This document shows positions 10,101-20,578 of a stretch of 38,481 bases of DNA, piece after piece; position 1 is the stretch's first letter; each line of letters starts with the position of its first letter. Position numbers and translations under genes: made by a program. Source of the stretch: Gammaproteobacteria bacterium (lineage in GTDB: Bacteria; Pseudomonadota; Gammaproteobacteria; SZUA-229); contig JAFLJY010000006.1 of assembly GCA_022712755.1 (NCBI GenBank), forward strand, positions 1 through 38,481, read 5' to 3'. Below the pieces are notes generated by a model. It had not been told where the DNA came from. It made no database searches and saw nothing but the letters and a program-made list of their open reading frames with translations.

Positions 10101-11960
10101 TTACCTCCCACGCATAAACAGCTTATCCAACTCAGCGATGCTCAGTTGTATCCACGTTGGTCGCCCATGATTACACTGCCCACTGCGTTCGGTTATTTCC
10201 ATATCACGCAACAAAGCATTCATCTCTTCGATGGTTAGTTTACGGTTTGCTCTTATTGAACCATGACAGGCCATGGTCGATAATATTTCATTTATCGCCT
10301 GCTGAATACGTGTACTGCTACCATGAGTTAACAAATCGGCAAGCACATCACGTAACAGGGTTTCTACATCACTGCTTGACAATATAATGGGCAATTGACG
10401 TATTTTAATGCTTTCTTCAGCGACTCGATCAATTTCAAAACCCAACTCACTAAATACTTCTGTCTGGTCTTCCACCAGTTGTGCTTCTTTGCTGCTCACC
10501 GCTATGGTTATCGGCACCAGTAGTGGCTGCGACTTAATGCCCTCACCCTGACGTGCCGTTTTCAGTCGTTCATAGGTGATGCGTTCATGCGCTGCGTGCA
10601 TATCAACCAGCACCATGCCCTGCGCGTTCTCTGCCAGGATATATATGCCATGCAGTTGTGCGCGGGCAAAACCGAGGGGTGGCATGTCCTGTGCTTCTGT
10701 CGAAGTTATGGCTGCTTCGGTTACATCTGAGAGAAAAGCTGTGGATGGTACGTTTAATGCAGGTGCAGATGGTGCAAACTCTGCATAAGCTCGTCGTTGC
10801 TCAGCAACGGCAAATGGCATGGATGACTGTGATGACATCTGCAAGAGCTGACTCGAGTGTAAGCCAGACGGTGAGTTTGTTGAACCGGTTGTTTGTTGTG
10901 TCTCGGTCGAATTCGAGAAGTGATGCAAATCATGTGAACCGGTTACACTGCTGATGACTTCCGCCAGACTTTTGTGTATGGCACGAAATAAAAAATCGTG
11001 CACCTGCCGACCTTGCCTGAAACGCACTTCGTGTTTTCCCGGATGGGCGTTCACATCAACCATCTTTGGGTCGCACTCAAAAAACAGCACATAAGCCGGA
11101 TGCCGACCATGAAATAAAACATCGGCGTATGCCTGACGTACAGCATGTGTCACCAGGCGGTCTTTTACCACACGTCCATTAACATAAAAATATTGCATAT
11201 CTGCCTGACTGCGGGAAAATGTCGGCTGGGCTATCCAGCCCCACAGACGTAATCCTTCATAGGCAAAATCCATGTGTGCGGCCTGTTCAATAAATGCCGG
11301 CCCGAGAATTTCAGCAATGCGCTTTTCCTGCTGCAAACGGTTAGTCGCACCGCGTAACGCTTTGACTACACGCTGGTTGTGCCGCAGTGATATATCAACA
11401 TCAAATCGGCTGAGTGAAATACGTTTTACTATCGTCTCAAGATGGGAGAACTCGGTTTTTTCGGTGCGTAGAAACTTGCGCCTGGCAGGCACATTAAAAA
11501 ACAAATCACGCACCTCAATGGTGGTGCCCTGTTTATTTGCTGCCGGGGTTATGTCACTGGCCTTGCTATTATTCATTGTCAGTTGCCAGGTTTCATCACC
11601 ACCCTGCCAGCAGGATGTGAGTTGCAAATGACTAACGGAGGCAATACTCGGCAAAGCTTCACCACGAAACCCTAAACTGCTTACTTCTTCCAGGTCATCA
11701 ATATTGCGGATTTTACTGGTGGCATGGGGAGACAGCGACAACACCAGATCATCTTTATGTATACCAGACCCATTGTCACTTATGCGAATAAGTTTTGTGC
11801 CGCCTTGTTCTATGTCGATGGTTATTTTGGTGGCGCCGGCATCCAGGGCGTTTTCCAGTAACTCTTTCACCACAGCCGCCGGGCGCTCGACCACTTCGCC
11901 AGCGGCAATTTGATTAACCAGTTGTACTGGCATGGGTTGAATTCGTTTGTTTGTTGTCAT
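10101..11960 (-). CDS. mutL: DNA mismatch repair endonuclease MutL
   Basis: NQIAAGEVVERP, GFRGEAL; endonuclease motifs DMHAAHERITYE, ACH and CNHGRP. Confidence 0.98.
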   Translation of the reverse strand: MTTNKRIQPMPVQLVNQIAAGEVVERPAAVVKELLENALDAGATKITIDIEQGGTKLIRISDNGSGIHKDDLVLSLSPHATSKIRNIDDLEEVSSLGFRGEALPSIASVSHLQLTSCWQGGDETWQLTMNNSKASDITPAANKQGTTIEVRDLFFNVPARRKFLRTEKTEFSHLETIVKRISLSRFDVDISLRHNQRVVKALRGATNRLQQEKRIAEILGPAFIEQAAHMDFAYEGLRLWGWIAQPTFSRSQADMQYFYVNGRVVKDRLVTHAVRQAYADVLFHGRHPAYVLFFECDPKMVDVNAHPGKHEVRFRQGRQVHDFLFRAIHKSLAEVISSVTGSHDLHHFSNSTETQQTTGSTNSPSGLHSSQLLQMSSQSSMPFAVAEQRRAYAEFAPSAPALNVPSTAFLSDVTEAAITSTEAQDMPPLGFARAQLHGIYILAENAQGMVLVDMHAAHERITYERLKTARQGEGIKSQPLLVPITIAVSSKEAQLVEDQTEVFSELGFEIDRVAEESIKIRQLPIILSSSDVETLLRDVLADLLTHGSSTRIQQAINEILSTMACHGSIRANRKLTIEEMNALLRDMEITERSGQCNHGRPTWIQLSIAELDKLFMRGR

Positions 11961-12019
11961 GCTGTTTAGTTTATCGTATTTTTACAGCAACGATATATGC
12001 AAAATGTTTTTGATTAGCC

Positions 12020-12102
12020 CGTAGGTTGGGTTAGCGGCAGCGTAACCCAACACTTAGATGCACCGGCTTTGTTGGGTTACGCTATCGCTAACCCAACCTA
12101 CG
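12020..12102. repeat. GTAG-type REP doublet
   Basis: cgtaggttgggttagcggcagcgtaacccaaca ... tgttgggttacgctatcgctaacccaacctacg; near-identical to 6848-6929. Confidence 0.9.
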
Positions 12103-12141
12103 GAGTTACGCCACACATAAAATGAAACGCAGCCAGTTCGG

Positions 12142-12675
12142 TTATGGCATTGCATATCTTTCTATAACTCGATAATTCACACCCGAATCGCCCGGTATTG
12201 ATTCCACCAATACAAGTTCATCAACCGCCCAGGGGATAGAAAATTTTTGCTGACCCATAATCGGTTTTGTGGATTTACGCATCAAAGTAGCATGAGGGTT
12301 ATAGTCTCGTTTATCACATTGGTATCCACACTCTGATAAAGCCACACCAAGATTTTTTTGTAATTGAAAAAGTTCAGTCGGAATATTCTGCATTCCCATC
12401 CACAGGATTTTAGCCTTTGAAAAATGACCATAGCAATTCAGATCAAACTCAAAGCCTCTGATACCACCTTGCGCGGCAAGACCTTGTGCGGCAACATGCA
12501 GACATTTTCTTGTATCTTCTGTGACAGAACCGATAAAATGTAAAGTCACATGCAAATTATGCGCTTGCATAAAACGCCCCTTAACAGGCGGAGGAAGTTG
12601 AGAGAAGGTTTCAACAATAGAATGCCTGACCTGTGCAGAAGGCCAGAGCGCGAAAAACAGGCGATGGGTTTTCAT
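12142..12675 (-). CDS. thpR: RNA 2',3'-cyclic phosphodiesterase (2H family)
   Basis: RLFFALWP and two HxT motifs (LHVTL, PHATL). Confidence 0.92.
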   Translation of the reverse strand: MKTHRLFFALWPSAQVRHSIVETFSQLPPPVKGRFMQAHNLHVTLHFIGSVTEDTRKCLHVAAQGLAAQGGIRGFEFDLNCYGHFSKAKILWMGMQNIPTELFQLQKNLGVALSECGYQCDKRDYNPHATLMRKSTKPIMGQQKFSIPWAVDELVLVESIPGDSGVNYRVIERYAMP

Positions 12676-12721
12676 GTTGTTAACTTAAAACATACAACAT
12701 ACAACTGCAAACTTATAAAAA

Positions 12722-15700
12722 CTAGTTCAACCAACTCTGTATCTGCTCGGCCGTACCCTGATCAAACTTCATGCGGAAACGAATATAAGGGCCGTTTGCG
12801 GTATAACCGGCTGCAGTGAAGTCACTGTCTTCAAAACCATCAAAGTTATAACCGATGCTTAGCCAGATGTTACGCGTCATGTTCCAGCCTGCTGACACAC
12901 CCGTTGAATATTTATATACGTCCGAGTTTGCTGAATAATGGGTATGCGCATGCACGCCAACATCAAAGATATCGCTGATATCATGGCGGTATTCACTGCC
13001 TAATAAAGCGGTAACACCTTTGAATTCAGCAGTATCAAAATTATCAATAACATATTTCAAACCAAAGTTAAACGCCAGTTGATTTCTGTTATCAATGAGG
13101 AAGTTAGCTGTCAGGTTTTCAATTAGTTTACGTTGACGAGTTTTTAACCCGAGAAGATCGGTTGTTGAATCAAATTTGAAATCAAGACGATTTAATACTA
13201 TCCAGCGAGACTGTAATGGTCGGTAGGCAACAGAAAAACGAATATCGCCATCCAGTATTTCACTGTTGTCTGTGCGCTGCGTTTTAAATAACTTTGTTGT
13301 TGCCGAATAAGCAACACCACCTTTTAAATTTCTTTCCCAGTTAATAATAGCGCCAACTTTATCTTCCAGGTCAGCAGTGCGGTATTCAATACGATTATTG
13401 ACTGTATAACTTCGTGCATTATAAGTTGTACCTACAGAAAGTGCAGTAAAGTCATTATTGGCTGTGCCCTGTGCGATTGGCACATTGGGATTAAAGGGAG
13501 TGCCGCCAGGTGTACGCATTGTTTGCGAACGATCAAAAGCAATATCACCAGACCAGCGTTTATTAATCGGGAAAGATTGTGTCAGACCTAAAGTAGCAAA
13601 GGAACGAATGCCGTTTTCATTGACTTCCTGATTAACTGCGGTATTAAGTTGTGCATTTGTCCATGGCGTTGAGCGCACACCGGCGCGTGTCATTTGGGTA
13701 TCCTGATCGCTGCCCATGGTCCATTCGTTTTCTGCGAATAAATTGATCTTCGGCGTAACAAAATAATCGGCGCCAATAATATAACGTGATGGGTAATCAA
13801 CATTTTCATTTTTTGAATCAATGGCTATTTCTGCCGAACCGCGTAATTTAACGGTATCCTGTAATAGACTTTTACTTGCGCCTAATAACAATAAATTTGA
13901 ATCATTGCTTAAACCCAACGCATCGGTATCACGGGCAATTCGTAATCCTGCATTTAAAGTGTAATCGCGTTTGTTATAAATAACATTGGCTTCGGCAACA
14001 TTTCTATCTGCGCCGCTGCTTAAAACGTCTTCGTGGTATATCACACCGTCGATTGCTGTTTGCTGTGTTAAACGATAATTTGCTTCAGCACCGTATTTTC
14101 GCGTACCTGACTGGCTGATAGATTGTTGACCTAAACCAAAATCAGTATCCTGCTGTTTTGCGTAGGCACGCAGTTTAAGATTGTCACCACCATGTACGAT
14201 TTCTGCAGACCAGGCAGAGCCGGTTAAATCTTGACCTGCTGAAGTCACATCGGTTGTTGCCGCTTCTAACCTGACTTCGGTTTTATTATCAATTTCAATA
14301 CGCGCATCAACACCAATTAAATCACCTTCGTTGAGGTAACTTGCATCATGCACCAGGGTAGCACCAAGTTCAACTTTTCCCTCTTTTAATTTAATGGCCA
14401 TGCGACCACCTGCAGTAATATCACCTTTAACAGGGCTTTCGACTTCATAATCGGCAACGATAAATATCGGATTAAAGTTTTCATCACGACTGGCAATCGG
14501 ACGGCGGAAGAAAATAGTGCCATCGGTATAGTCAATGCTGTAATCAAGATAACGTCGCATGGTTTCTGTGTTAATGATAATTTCACTGCGGAAGCGGTCG
14601 CGTGTTTCAATAACAATGTTGTCACTGTTGATGACGATGTTGTTACCCGTTAAACGATACAGTCCGGAAATACCCTCGCCCTGAATTTCATCCTTAATAA
14701 AGTTGTTTATATTTTCTGCTGCAAAAGCGGTATAAGAAATTTTTCCATCATCATATTCAGATTTAACGCCTGTCATACGACGATTAAATTTAGATAACTC
14801 AGTAACGGTTAAGCCAGTATCCATATCACCAAACAAAGCATAAAACTGACTGCGCTCTATTTTTATATAAAGTTTTTCAGCACTGGAAGCATCATGGCGT
14901 TGGCGGGAGTTATCACCATAAATGGTGTAATAAGTATTGGGATCAATCAACTGATTAACACGGTTATCGCCAGCCAGGCTTCGTTTTGATGTATCGTAAG
15001 CTGTAGTTAATAACCAGTCACCCTTCACTCTTCCTTTCGCATAGAAAGCAATTTTTCCATCGCTATAAAATTCATCATTTATATCAGCCGCACTCAGTGC
15101 TTCTTTATTGCCAGACACCGTGTTATAACCGACCGTACCCTCGGCCAAACCAACCATAATCCAGTCACGCACTTCCGGTTGAATCCAGGTTTGTAAGCGT
15201 GATTTTTTACGGCCGGAAAATGGCAGATCAATTTCAAGTTTGCCAGTGATGGTGGTCGGTTCTAATACAATATAAGCGATACCATTTTGACCAACAATGT
15301 ATTCAGGCTCTTCACGGTTTAAACCTGACAAACGATTCACCTGAAAAGCTTCAACCGTTTTTTGTGAAAGATAAGGCTCAGACAGAGTGAATTTACCGCG
15401 TGAACCTGGACGCGCAAAATACCCGTTTTTATCATAAACACGAATAGCAACAACAGGAACGTTACGACCATCGGCAATTAGTCGTGAGTATTCTTCAGCC
15501 AGCTCAGCTCTTACTGGAATACCGGCATAAATTACATTACGGCTTAGCTTTTTCAGCACTTTGCCAGTTTTATCTTTTACAATAAATTCAAATTTATTAT
15601 TACCATTATTCAAATGCACACCCTGCCAGTAACTGCGTGCAACGGTATTGGCTTTATTTTTTATCATGCCAAAATAGAATAATGGATTTAATCGCTCACC

Positions 15701-18700
15701 ATTAAACAACATTTCAAACTTGTCACCGGGTTTGTGTTTAATGGCTATATTGACCGAAGGTGAAAAGGGGGTGTAATTAACATCTGGCATCAACCATTCA
15801 TAACCTGGTGTTGCCTCTTTTATCCAGAACTCATCAAAGGTGCTGATGTCCTGCTGCTCGGTTACAGGTGGTGCTTCTATTAATTTTTCAAGCTTAAATT
15901 CAGGCTGACCTTGTAAGACAATTTCACTGACTTCACTTGTTGATGTAACCAGTTCAACATTACCCGGTGCAACGATTTCACTGGTTGTTACTACCAGTTC
16001 GGCACGGCGGTTTAAAGAACGGCCCTGTACAGTATCATTAACTGCCACCGGATTTGTAATCCCTGCCCCTTTGATAACAATATTTTTTTCTGCAACATTT
16101 AATTCGTTGATAAGGAAATCAGCAACAACTTTAGCTCTGGCTTTAGACAAGGCGGTATTACCCTGGTACAACCAGATGCTTCTTCGTTTTACTGCGGCAG
16201 CATCTGAATAACCTGTTACTTCGTTATGTGTAATATCAACTTCGCCCAGGTTATTAATGGCTTCACGGATACCGTTCTTACTTATAGTGGAAAGTTGTGT
16301 TCCTAATGGCTGAAAATAGGCCTGATAAATAGCTGACTTGCCTTCTTCCCGTACGCGACTGACCTGCAGTTTATTTTTAATGGGCGTTGAACGACTATTT
16401 TTCTTCAGCTCCGTATTTAAAATAATAAAGGCAGTAGTAACAAGCTCACCGTCAGCCTTCTCTTTAATACGTCCACGGAACTTAAGCTGTTTTTTCCAGT
16501 TACTGCCTAAATCACCAAAACGGTAAACAATGACATTTTCATTCACATAAGGATCGTCAATGGCTTCAGCATCAAGCACACTGCTACCCAAATCATACTC
16601 AATACCATCAGGCAGATTAATAATCAAACGATAATTGTTTACAGGAATTTCACCATTAGACATTTCAATCGTATATTTAATATTCTCTATGTTTAATTCA
16701 CTTTTAATAAGTAATGTTGCACTATCACTAATAAGTTCTTTCTCGCGCACATAAAAATCGGTGCGCCATAATGTGCCACCCTGAACATCAACAAATTGAG
16801 AATATGGCGTACCGGCAAAACGGGTGTTTTTTACACAGTCAATAATTTCAAGATTATCCGGAATGCTTGCCGTATCCACCTGCACAACATGTGTTCCGGG
16901 TTTTATGCCTTCAAAATGGAAGCGACCATTTTCATCGGTAGCCGCATAAGTACCGTCTTGCATAAACACACGAACTGATGGCAGACCGGGATTCATTCGT
17001 GCGCCATCCTCATCACACTCACCAATAATGACTCGACCGGCAATAAAACTTCTGCTGGCAAATAAATCTTCAGTAACGGTTATGCCGGCTACTGCGGTAT
17101 TGGATTGTGTACCACGATCATCGATGGCAATAACGCTGTTTACCGCTTTACCCAATTGTGTGCCTACAGTTAATTCAGTGACATACTTGAGCTGTAACGA
17201 ACTACCCGGCAAAAGCATCGCGACTGAAAATTTAAGCGTACGTCCATCAGTAGAAATTTGTGGTGCGGAAGCTGGCGCACCATCATAACGAACAGAGGCA
17301 GACTGATAACGCAAACCAATGGGCAAGGTATCAGTGATGACAACATTACTTGCCGTGGTATTGGTATCAATATTACTCAGGGTTAATGAGTACTGCACGA
17401 AGTCACCAACCGCTGCGGTGTCTTTTGACGCGACTTTATCAATAACCAAATAAGATGTTAAAGCATCCAGAGGTATATCAACATGTAATGGCGGGCCAAC
17501 AACCAGTGTAAACACCGCTGCAAATGAAGCATTCACATCAATAGCATAAGGTGCACCCGGCAATGTTTGCAGGTCAGCAACATTAGCAGCAGAAGGGCCG
17601 TCAAAACCTGTAGGTGGAGTTACCACCATTTGATAATCACCCGGAGCCAAACGCGGAAAACGATATCCACCTGCCGGGAAGTTATAGATTGTTCCGCCAC
17701 TGTCTGTGGCACTGCCACCGCTGACTATGGTTGCCGGATAGACACTAACACCATCATCACCAAACACGGATGCCGGGTTACCTGTTGAATCGAGAATGCT
17801 AACAACCGCACCGTCTAACAATGTGCCATCAACACTGCTGAAGAGCACACCAAATGGATCCACCAGTGAACCACCGGTGCTGGTATCTGCCGGGTCATAC
17901 TGATCGGTATATTGTACGGTGACATTGCTTTCTTCGCCCAGGGTCAGGATACCATCATAATGTGATGCCGGTGTTGATGATGACTGCACATAACCAATGA
18001 ATACACCGGTATCAATACCGGTTTCGGTTAACATTATTTCTTCCAGATCACCGGTAGAACTGGTAACAACCACCTTAACCGTTTCCAGTATAGCGGGATT
18101 AAGGTTTTGATCCTGATCATCTACCTGAACAAATACAGGTTCACCCGTAGTGTACAAACTAACCGGATTTAATGGCTGGGGATCGCTTGCCACTAACGAA
18201 ATAGCCCCACCGATAAACGGTACGGCAGGGTCAGCTGAAACCACAAAACCACTGCCTGGTGATCCACTGGTGGCATGTTGTGTTACTACTGTCGGAGTAA
18301 ATGCACTGCTAGCGGTAGCATCAAACTGGAAAAGACTGATTGATGAAGGTGTTTGTATTATTGTTGAAACAATAGTTTGGGTATTACTGTTTACAGAGCT
18401 GGCAGTGCCGGAAAAAACAAATGCTGCTGACGCAGTATTATCAATGGCTGTGCCGGGGGGGGTTATTGCCTGCGCATTCATTGTTATTGATAACAAACCT
18501 ACAAATAAAATAAAACGGGTTACCAGATGTAAAAACATCTTCCAGAAACGGCTCGCGTTTTTATAACAGCTAACACGGGTATCTTGTTGAACAGTTTCTG
18601 GAAGATGAATTGCGTGACTTCTCACACAGTTCATCTCTTTTTGTACACATTTTTGACAAAAGCCAGAAACAAAAAACGCACACACCGCAGCACCTGCTTT

Positions 18701-18751
18701 GGTTATAAAACCAAAGCAGGTTTGTACAGTATGTAGCATTAATAGCAACAT
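12722..18751 (-). CDS. very large secreted DUF11 / SdrD-B-like / OmpA-like / C-terminal beta-barrel protein (putative fimbrial anchor or usher-like platform)
   Basis: Signal peptide ending MNAQA (start probably 18538 or 18634). Complete DUF11 repeat (VIDK..VGDFVQYSLTLSN..ITDTLP..AVNS); TDENGRFHF repeat; OmpA-like LSKARA...NDTVQGRSLNRRAEL; ~800-aa C terminus of amphipathic beta-strands. Confidence 0.8.
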   Translation of the reverse strand: MLLLMLHTVQTCFGFITKAGAAVCAFFVSGFCQKCVQKEMNCVRSHAIHLPETVQQDTRVSCYKNASRFWKMFLHLVTRFILFVGLLSITMNAQAITPPGTAIDNTASAAFVFSGTASSVNSNTQTIVSTIIQTPSSISLFQFDATASSAFTPTVVTQHATSGSPGSGFVVSADPAVPFIGGAISLVASDPQPLNPVSLYTTGEPVFVQVDDQDQNLNPAILETVKVVVTSSTGDLEEIMLTETGIDTGVFIGYVQSSSTPASHYDGILTLGEESNVTVQYTDQYDPADTSTGGSLVDPFGVLFSSVDGTLLDGAVVSILDSTGNPASVFGDDGVSVYPATIVSGGSATDSGGTIYNFPAGGYRFPRLAPGDYQMVVTPPTGFDGPSAANVADLQTLPGAPYAIDVNASFAAVFTLVVGPPLHVDIPLDALTSYLVIDKVASKDTAAVGDFVQYSLTLSNIDTNTTASNVVITDTLPIGLRYQSASVRYDGAPASAPQISTDGRTLKFSVAMLLPGSSLQLKYVTELTVGTQLGKAVNSVIAIDDRGTQSNTAVAGITVTEDLFASRSFIAGRVIIGECDEDGARMNPGLPSVRVFMQDGTYAATDENGRFHFEGIKPGTHVVQVDTASIPDNLEIIDCVKNTRFAGTPYSQFVDVQGGTLWRTDFYVREKELISDSATLLIKSELNIENIKYTIEMSNGEIPVNNYRLIINLPDGIEYDLGSSVLDAEAIDDPYVNENVIVYRFGDLGSNWKKQLKFRGRIKEKADGELVTTAFIILNTELKKNSRSTPIKNKLQVSRVREEGKSAIYQAYFQPLGTQLSTISKNGIREAINNLGEVDITHNEVTGYSDAAAVKRRSIWLYQGNTALSKARAKVVADFLINELNVAEKNIVIKGAGITNPVAVNDTVQGRSLNRRAELVVTTSEIVAPGNVELVTSTSEVSEIVLQGQPEFKLEKLIEAPPVTEQQDISTFDEFWIKEATPGYEWLMPDVNYTPFSPSVNIAIKHKPGDKFEMLFNGERLNPLFYFGMIKNKANTVARSYWQGVHLNNGNNKFEFIVKDKTGKVLKKLSRNVIYAGIPVRAELAEEYSRLIADGRNVPVVAIRVYDKNGYFARPGSRGKFTLSEPYLSQKTVEAFQVNRLSGLNREEPEYIVGQNGIAYIVLEPTTITGKLEIDLPFSGRKKSRLQTWIQPEVRDWIMVGLAEGTVGYNTVSGNKEALSAADINDEFYSDGKIAFYAKGRVKGDWLLTTAYDTSKRSLAGDNRVNQLIDPNTYYTIYGDNSRQRHDASSAEKLYIKIERSQFYALFGDMDTGLTVTELSKFNRRMTGVKSEYDDGKISYTAFAAENINNFIKDEIQGEGISGLYRLTGNNIVINSDNIVIETRDRFRSEIIINTETMRRYLDYSIDYTDGTIFFRRPIASRDENFNPIFIVADYEVESPVKGDITAGGRMAIKLKEGKVELGATLVHDASYLNEGDLIGVDARIEIDNKTEVRLEAATTDVTSAGQDLTGSAWSAEIVHGGDNLKLRAYAKQQDTDFGLGQQSISQSGTRKYGAEANYRLTQQTAIDGVIYHEDVLSSGADRNVAEANVIYNKRDYTLNAGLRIARDTDALGLSNDSNLLLLGASKSLLQDTVKLRGSAEIAIDSKNENVDYPSRYIIGADYFVTPKINLFAENEWTMGSDQDTQMTRAGVRSTPWTNAQLNTAVNQEVNENGIRSFATLGLTQSFPINKRWSGDIAFDRSQTMRTPGGTPFNPNVPIAQGTANNDFTALSVGTTYNARSYTVNNRIEYRTADLEDKVGAIINWERNLKGGVAYSATTKLFKTQRTDNSEILDGDIRFSVAYRPLQSRWIVLNRLDFKFDSTTDLLGLKTRQRKLIENLTANFLIDNRNQLAFNFGLKYVIDNFDTAEFKGVTALLGSEYRHDISDIFDVGVHAHTHYSANSDVYKYSTGVSAGWNMTRNIWLSIGYNFDGFEDSDFTAAGYTANGPYIRFRMKFDQGTAEQIQSWLN
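18692..18721. promoter_or_regulatory. perfect 13-bp stem-loop downstream of the 434-aa gene
   Basis: acctgctttggtt-ataa-aaccaaagcaggt. Confidence 0.6.
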
Positions 18752-18772
18752 GACTCTGCTAATCTTCCGTGA

Positions 18773-20077
18773 TTAAGGTAGTACTACATCAAACTCAATA
18801 GTAAGAGTTTGTGTTGCTTGTAATACATTTGTAATACCAGCAACTGCAGATAAATCAACACTTAGCCTATTAGCTGTACCACCGAAAGCACTATCACAAC
18901 CATCTACCGGTGTAGTATCACCCGCATCTGCTTGACAGAAAACTACCGCACCCAAACCATCTGTAATACGTACATTATTTGCACCGGATACTGGTGCATT
19001 TGCTGCGTTACCATCACCAAACTGCGCATCTAATGATAATGGCAAGTCATCAATAATTGATGTTAATGTAGCATCTGCCGCACCCGCAGCATTGGTTACA
19101 GTTACCGTATAACGAATAACAGAGCCACCTGGAATCGATTTTGGACTAACATTCAGATTCACAAAATCCCATAATGCAGACGAAACTTTGGCAACTGTTA
19201 ATGCGGCGGACTGAATAGTGTAAGAACTATCATCTGAATGCTGTGCATTTTTCACTATATCTGCAACACCTGTGCCGGCCTGTGTGCCATCAGCATCATT
19301 AAACACAATCTGCTCAGTAGCCGGATCATCAGCAATAGTTGCAGCAACACCTGCTGTTACATCTGCTGTGCCATTGGTAAAACCAGTACCACCTGGACTA
19401 GCATTGCCATTATCATCAGCAACAACCGCATCACCTGCGATACCTGTGCTAGCTGGAATTGCCGCCTGCGCTACCAAAGTCATTACCGCAACGTTGGCAT
19501 TAACTAAAGGCGCACCACCAGTATCGACTAATGGGATTGTAGAGACAACATAAACATCCACTGAATCAGCACCCGCTAACGTAGCAACAAAAGCGGCAGT
19601 ATCTTCAGCTGGCTGAAAACCTCCCGTTACACCACTCTCAACAAAAGTCTGCACAGCTGTTGCATCAAATTCATCATTTGTGCCTCCCCATGGATCAGCA
19701 GTACCATCAGCATTGTTCAAACCCTTCAACAGAAAACCCTGACTGCCATTACCAGTATTAGTCAAGGTATATTGAACAGACTGTAATGTTCCACCCGGTA
19801 CAGCCGTACCCGTTGCGCCACCTCGCACGACATTAAAGTTAATCAAACGGTCTTCCATAAAGGTCGTTGCCGTACCATTACCCGCACCTGGTATTGAGTT
19901 ACCAGCACCTGTACCTGACTCAATCCCAGTTTGCGCTGTACCACCAACAGAGTACCCCAATGTAGCGGTATTTGAGATGACATCACCTGCCGCAGCAAAT
20001 GCTCCTGACGCACCAAACAGACTAAAGCCGCCTGTTAATGCCAGGCCTAATAGCCTGTTTCGTTTACTTGTTTTCAT
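18773..20077 (-). CDS. secreted Ala/Gly/Thr-rich DUF11-family protein, putative major fimbrial subunit
   Basis: Sec signal ending GAFA, AGAGG RBS, N-terminal GDVISNTAT, C-terminal half-DUF11 (TVAK..PGGSVIRYTVTVTN..IIDDLP..TIEFDVV). Confidence 0.75.
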   Translation of the reverse strand: MKTSKRNRLLGLALTGGFSLFGASGAFAAAGDVISNTATLGYSVGGTAQTGIESGTGAGNSIPGAGNGTATTFMEDRLINFNVVRGGATGTAVPGGTLQSVQYTLTNTGNGSQGFLLKGLNNADGTADPWGGTNDEFDATAVQTFVESGVTGGFQPAEDTAAFVATLAGADSVDVYVVSTIPLVDTGGAPLVNANVAVMTLVAQAAIPASTGIAGDAVVADDNGNASPGGTGFTNGTADVTAGVAATIADDPATEQIVFNDADGTQAGTGVADIVKNAQHSDDSSYTIQSAALTVAKVSSALWDFVNLNVSPKSIPGGSVIRYTVTVTNAAGAADATLTSIIDDLPLSLDAQFGDGNAANAPVSGANNVRITDGLGAVVFCQADAGDTTPVDGCDSAFGGTANRLSVDLSAVAGITNVLQATQTLTIEFDVVLP

Positions 20078-20189
20078 TATGTTTACCTCTATTAAATTAA
20101 ATCTCTATAAGATTTTTAATGTTTACTTTTTCCCTTTTGTTTTTTCTAAAGACTCTTGTTTTTTTCAAGACTTCTTTAGCATTTTTTTC

Positions 20190-20330
20190 TAACCAGCCAT
20201 GCCTTCGGCGGGTCTGTTGTTTTCGGTGGATCTAGATCACTTAACCATTGTGGCGGTCCAGTTCCACCTGACGGGCCGGTAACATTTTGCAACCCGTCTT
20301 GCGTATGGAAGATAATCGGCCCGTCCCTGC
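20190..20330 (-). ncRNA. candidate structured cis-regulatory leader RNA (family not recognised)
   Basis: GC-rich island in an AT-rich spacer with three consecutive stems (20270-20278/20317-20325; 20225-20230/20263-20268 extended; GCC-GAA-GGC). Confidence 0.45.
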
Positions 20331-20366
20331 TGTGCACTTGAGCAAAGCCTGACATTTTTTCCTTGT

Positions 20367-20459
20367 TTTTCTCGTTCCCACGCTCCCGCGTGGGAATGCA
20401 TACGGAATCTGAGTTAGCATCGGTACGCATTCCCACGCGGGAGCGTGGGAACGAGAAAA
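20367..20459. repeat. REP-like doublet (GTTCCCACGCTCCCGCGTGGGAA family)
   Basis: Perfect 33-bp IR 20367-20399 / 20427-20459, each arm itself palindromic. Confidence 0.9.
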
Positions 20460-20578
20460 CAACTGGCTCAATCAGAATAAGCCATGATTTACTGTCAAAT
20501 TGTCGATTTAAACTTTGCATAAATATCTTTATGTTTTATGTTATTAACTTTTTACTTAAAACTTTAAACATATAACTT

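Noticed and set aside
20176-20575. ORFs of 114, 76 and 70 aa in the spacer
   Set aside because: They are read through the REP palindrome on both strands (FPRSRVGM) and have no protein-like features.
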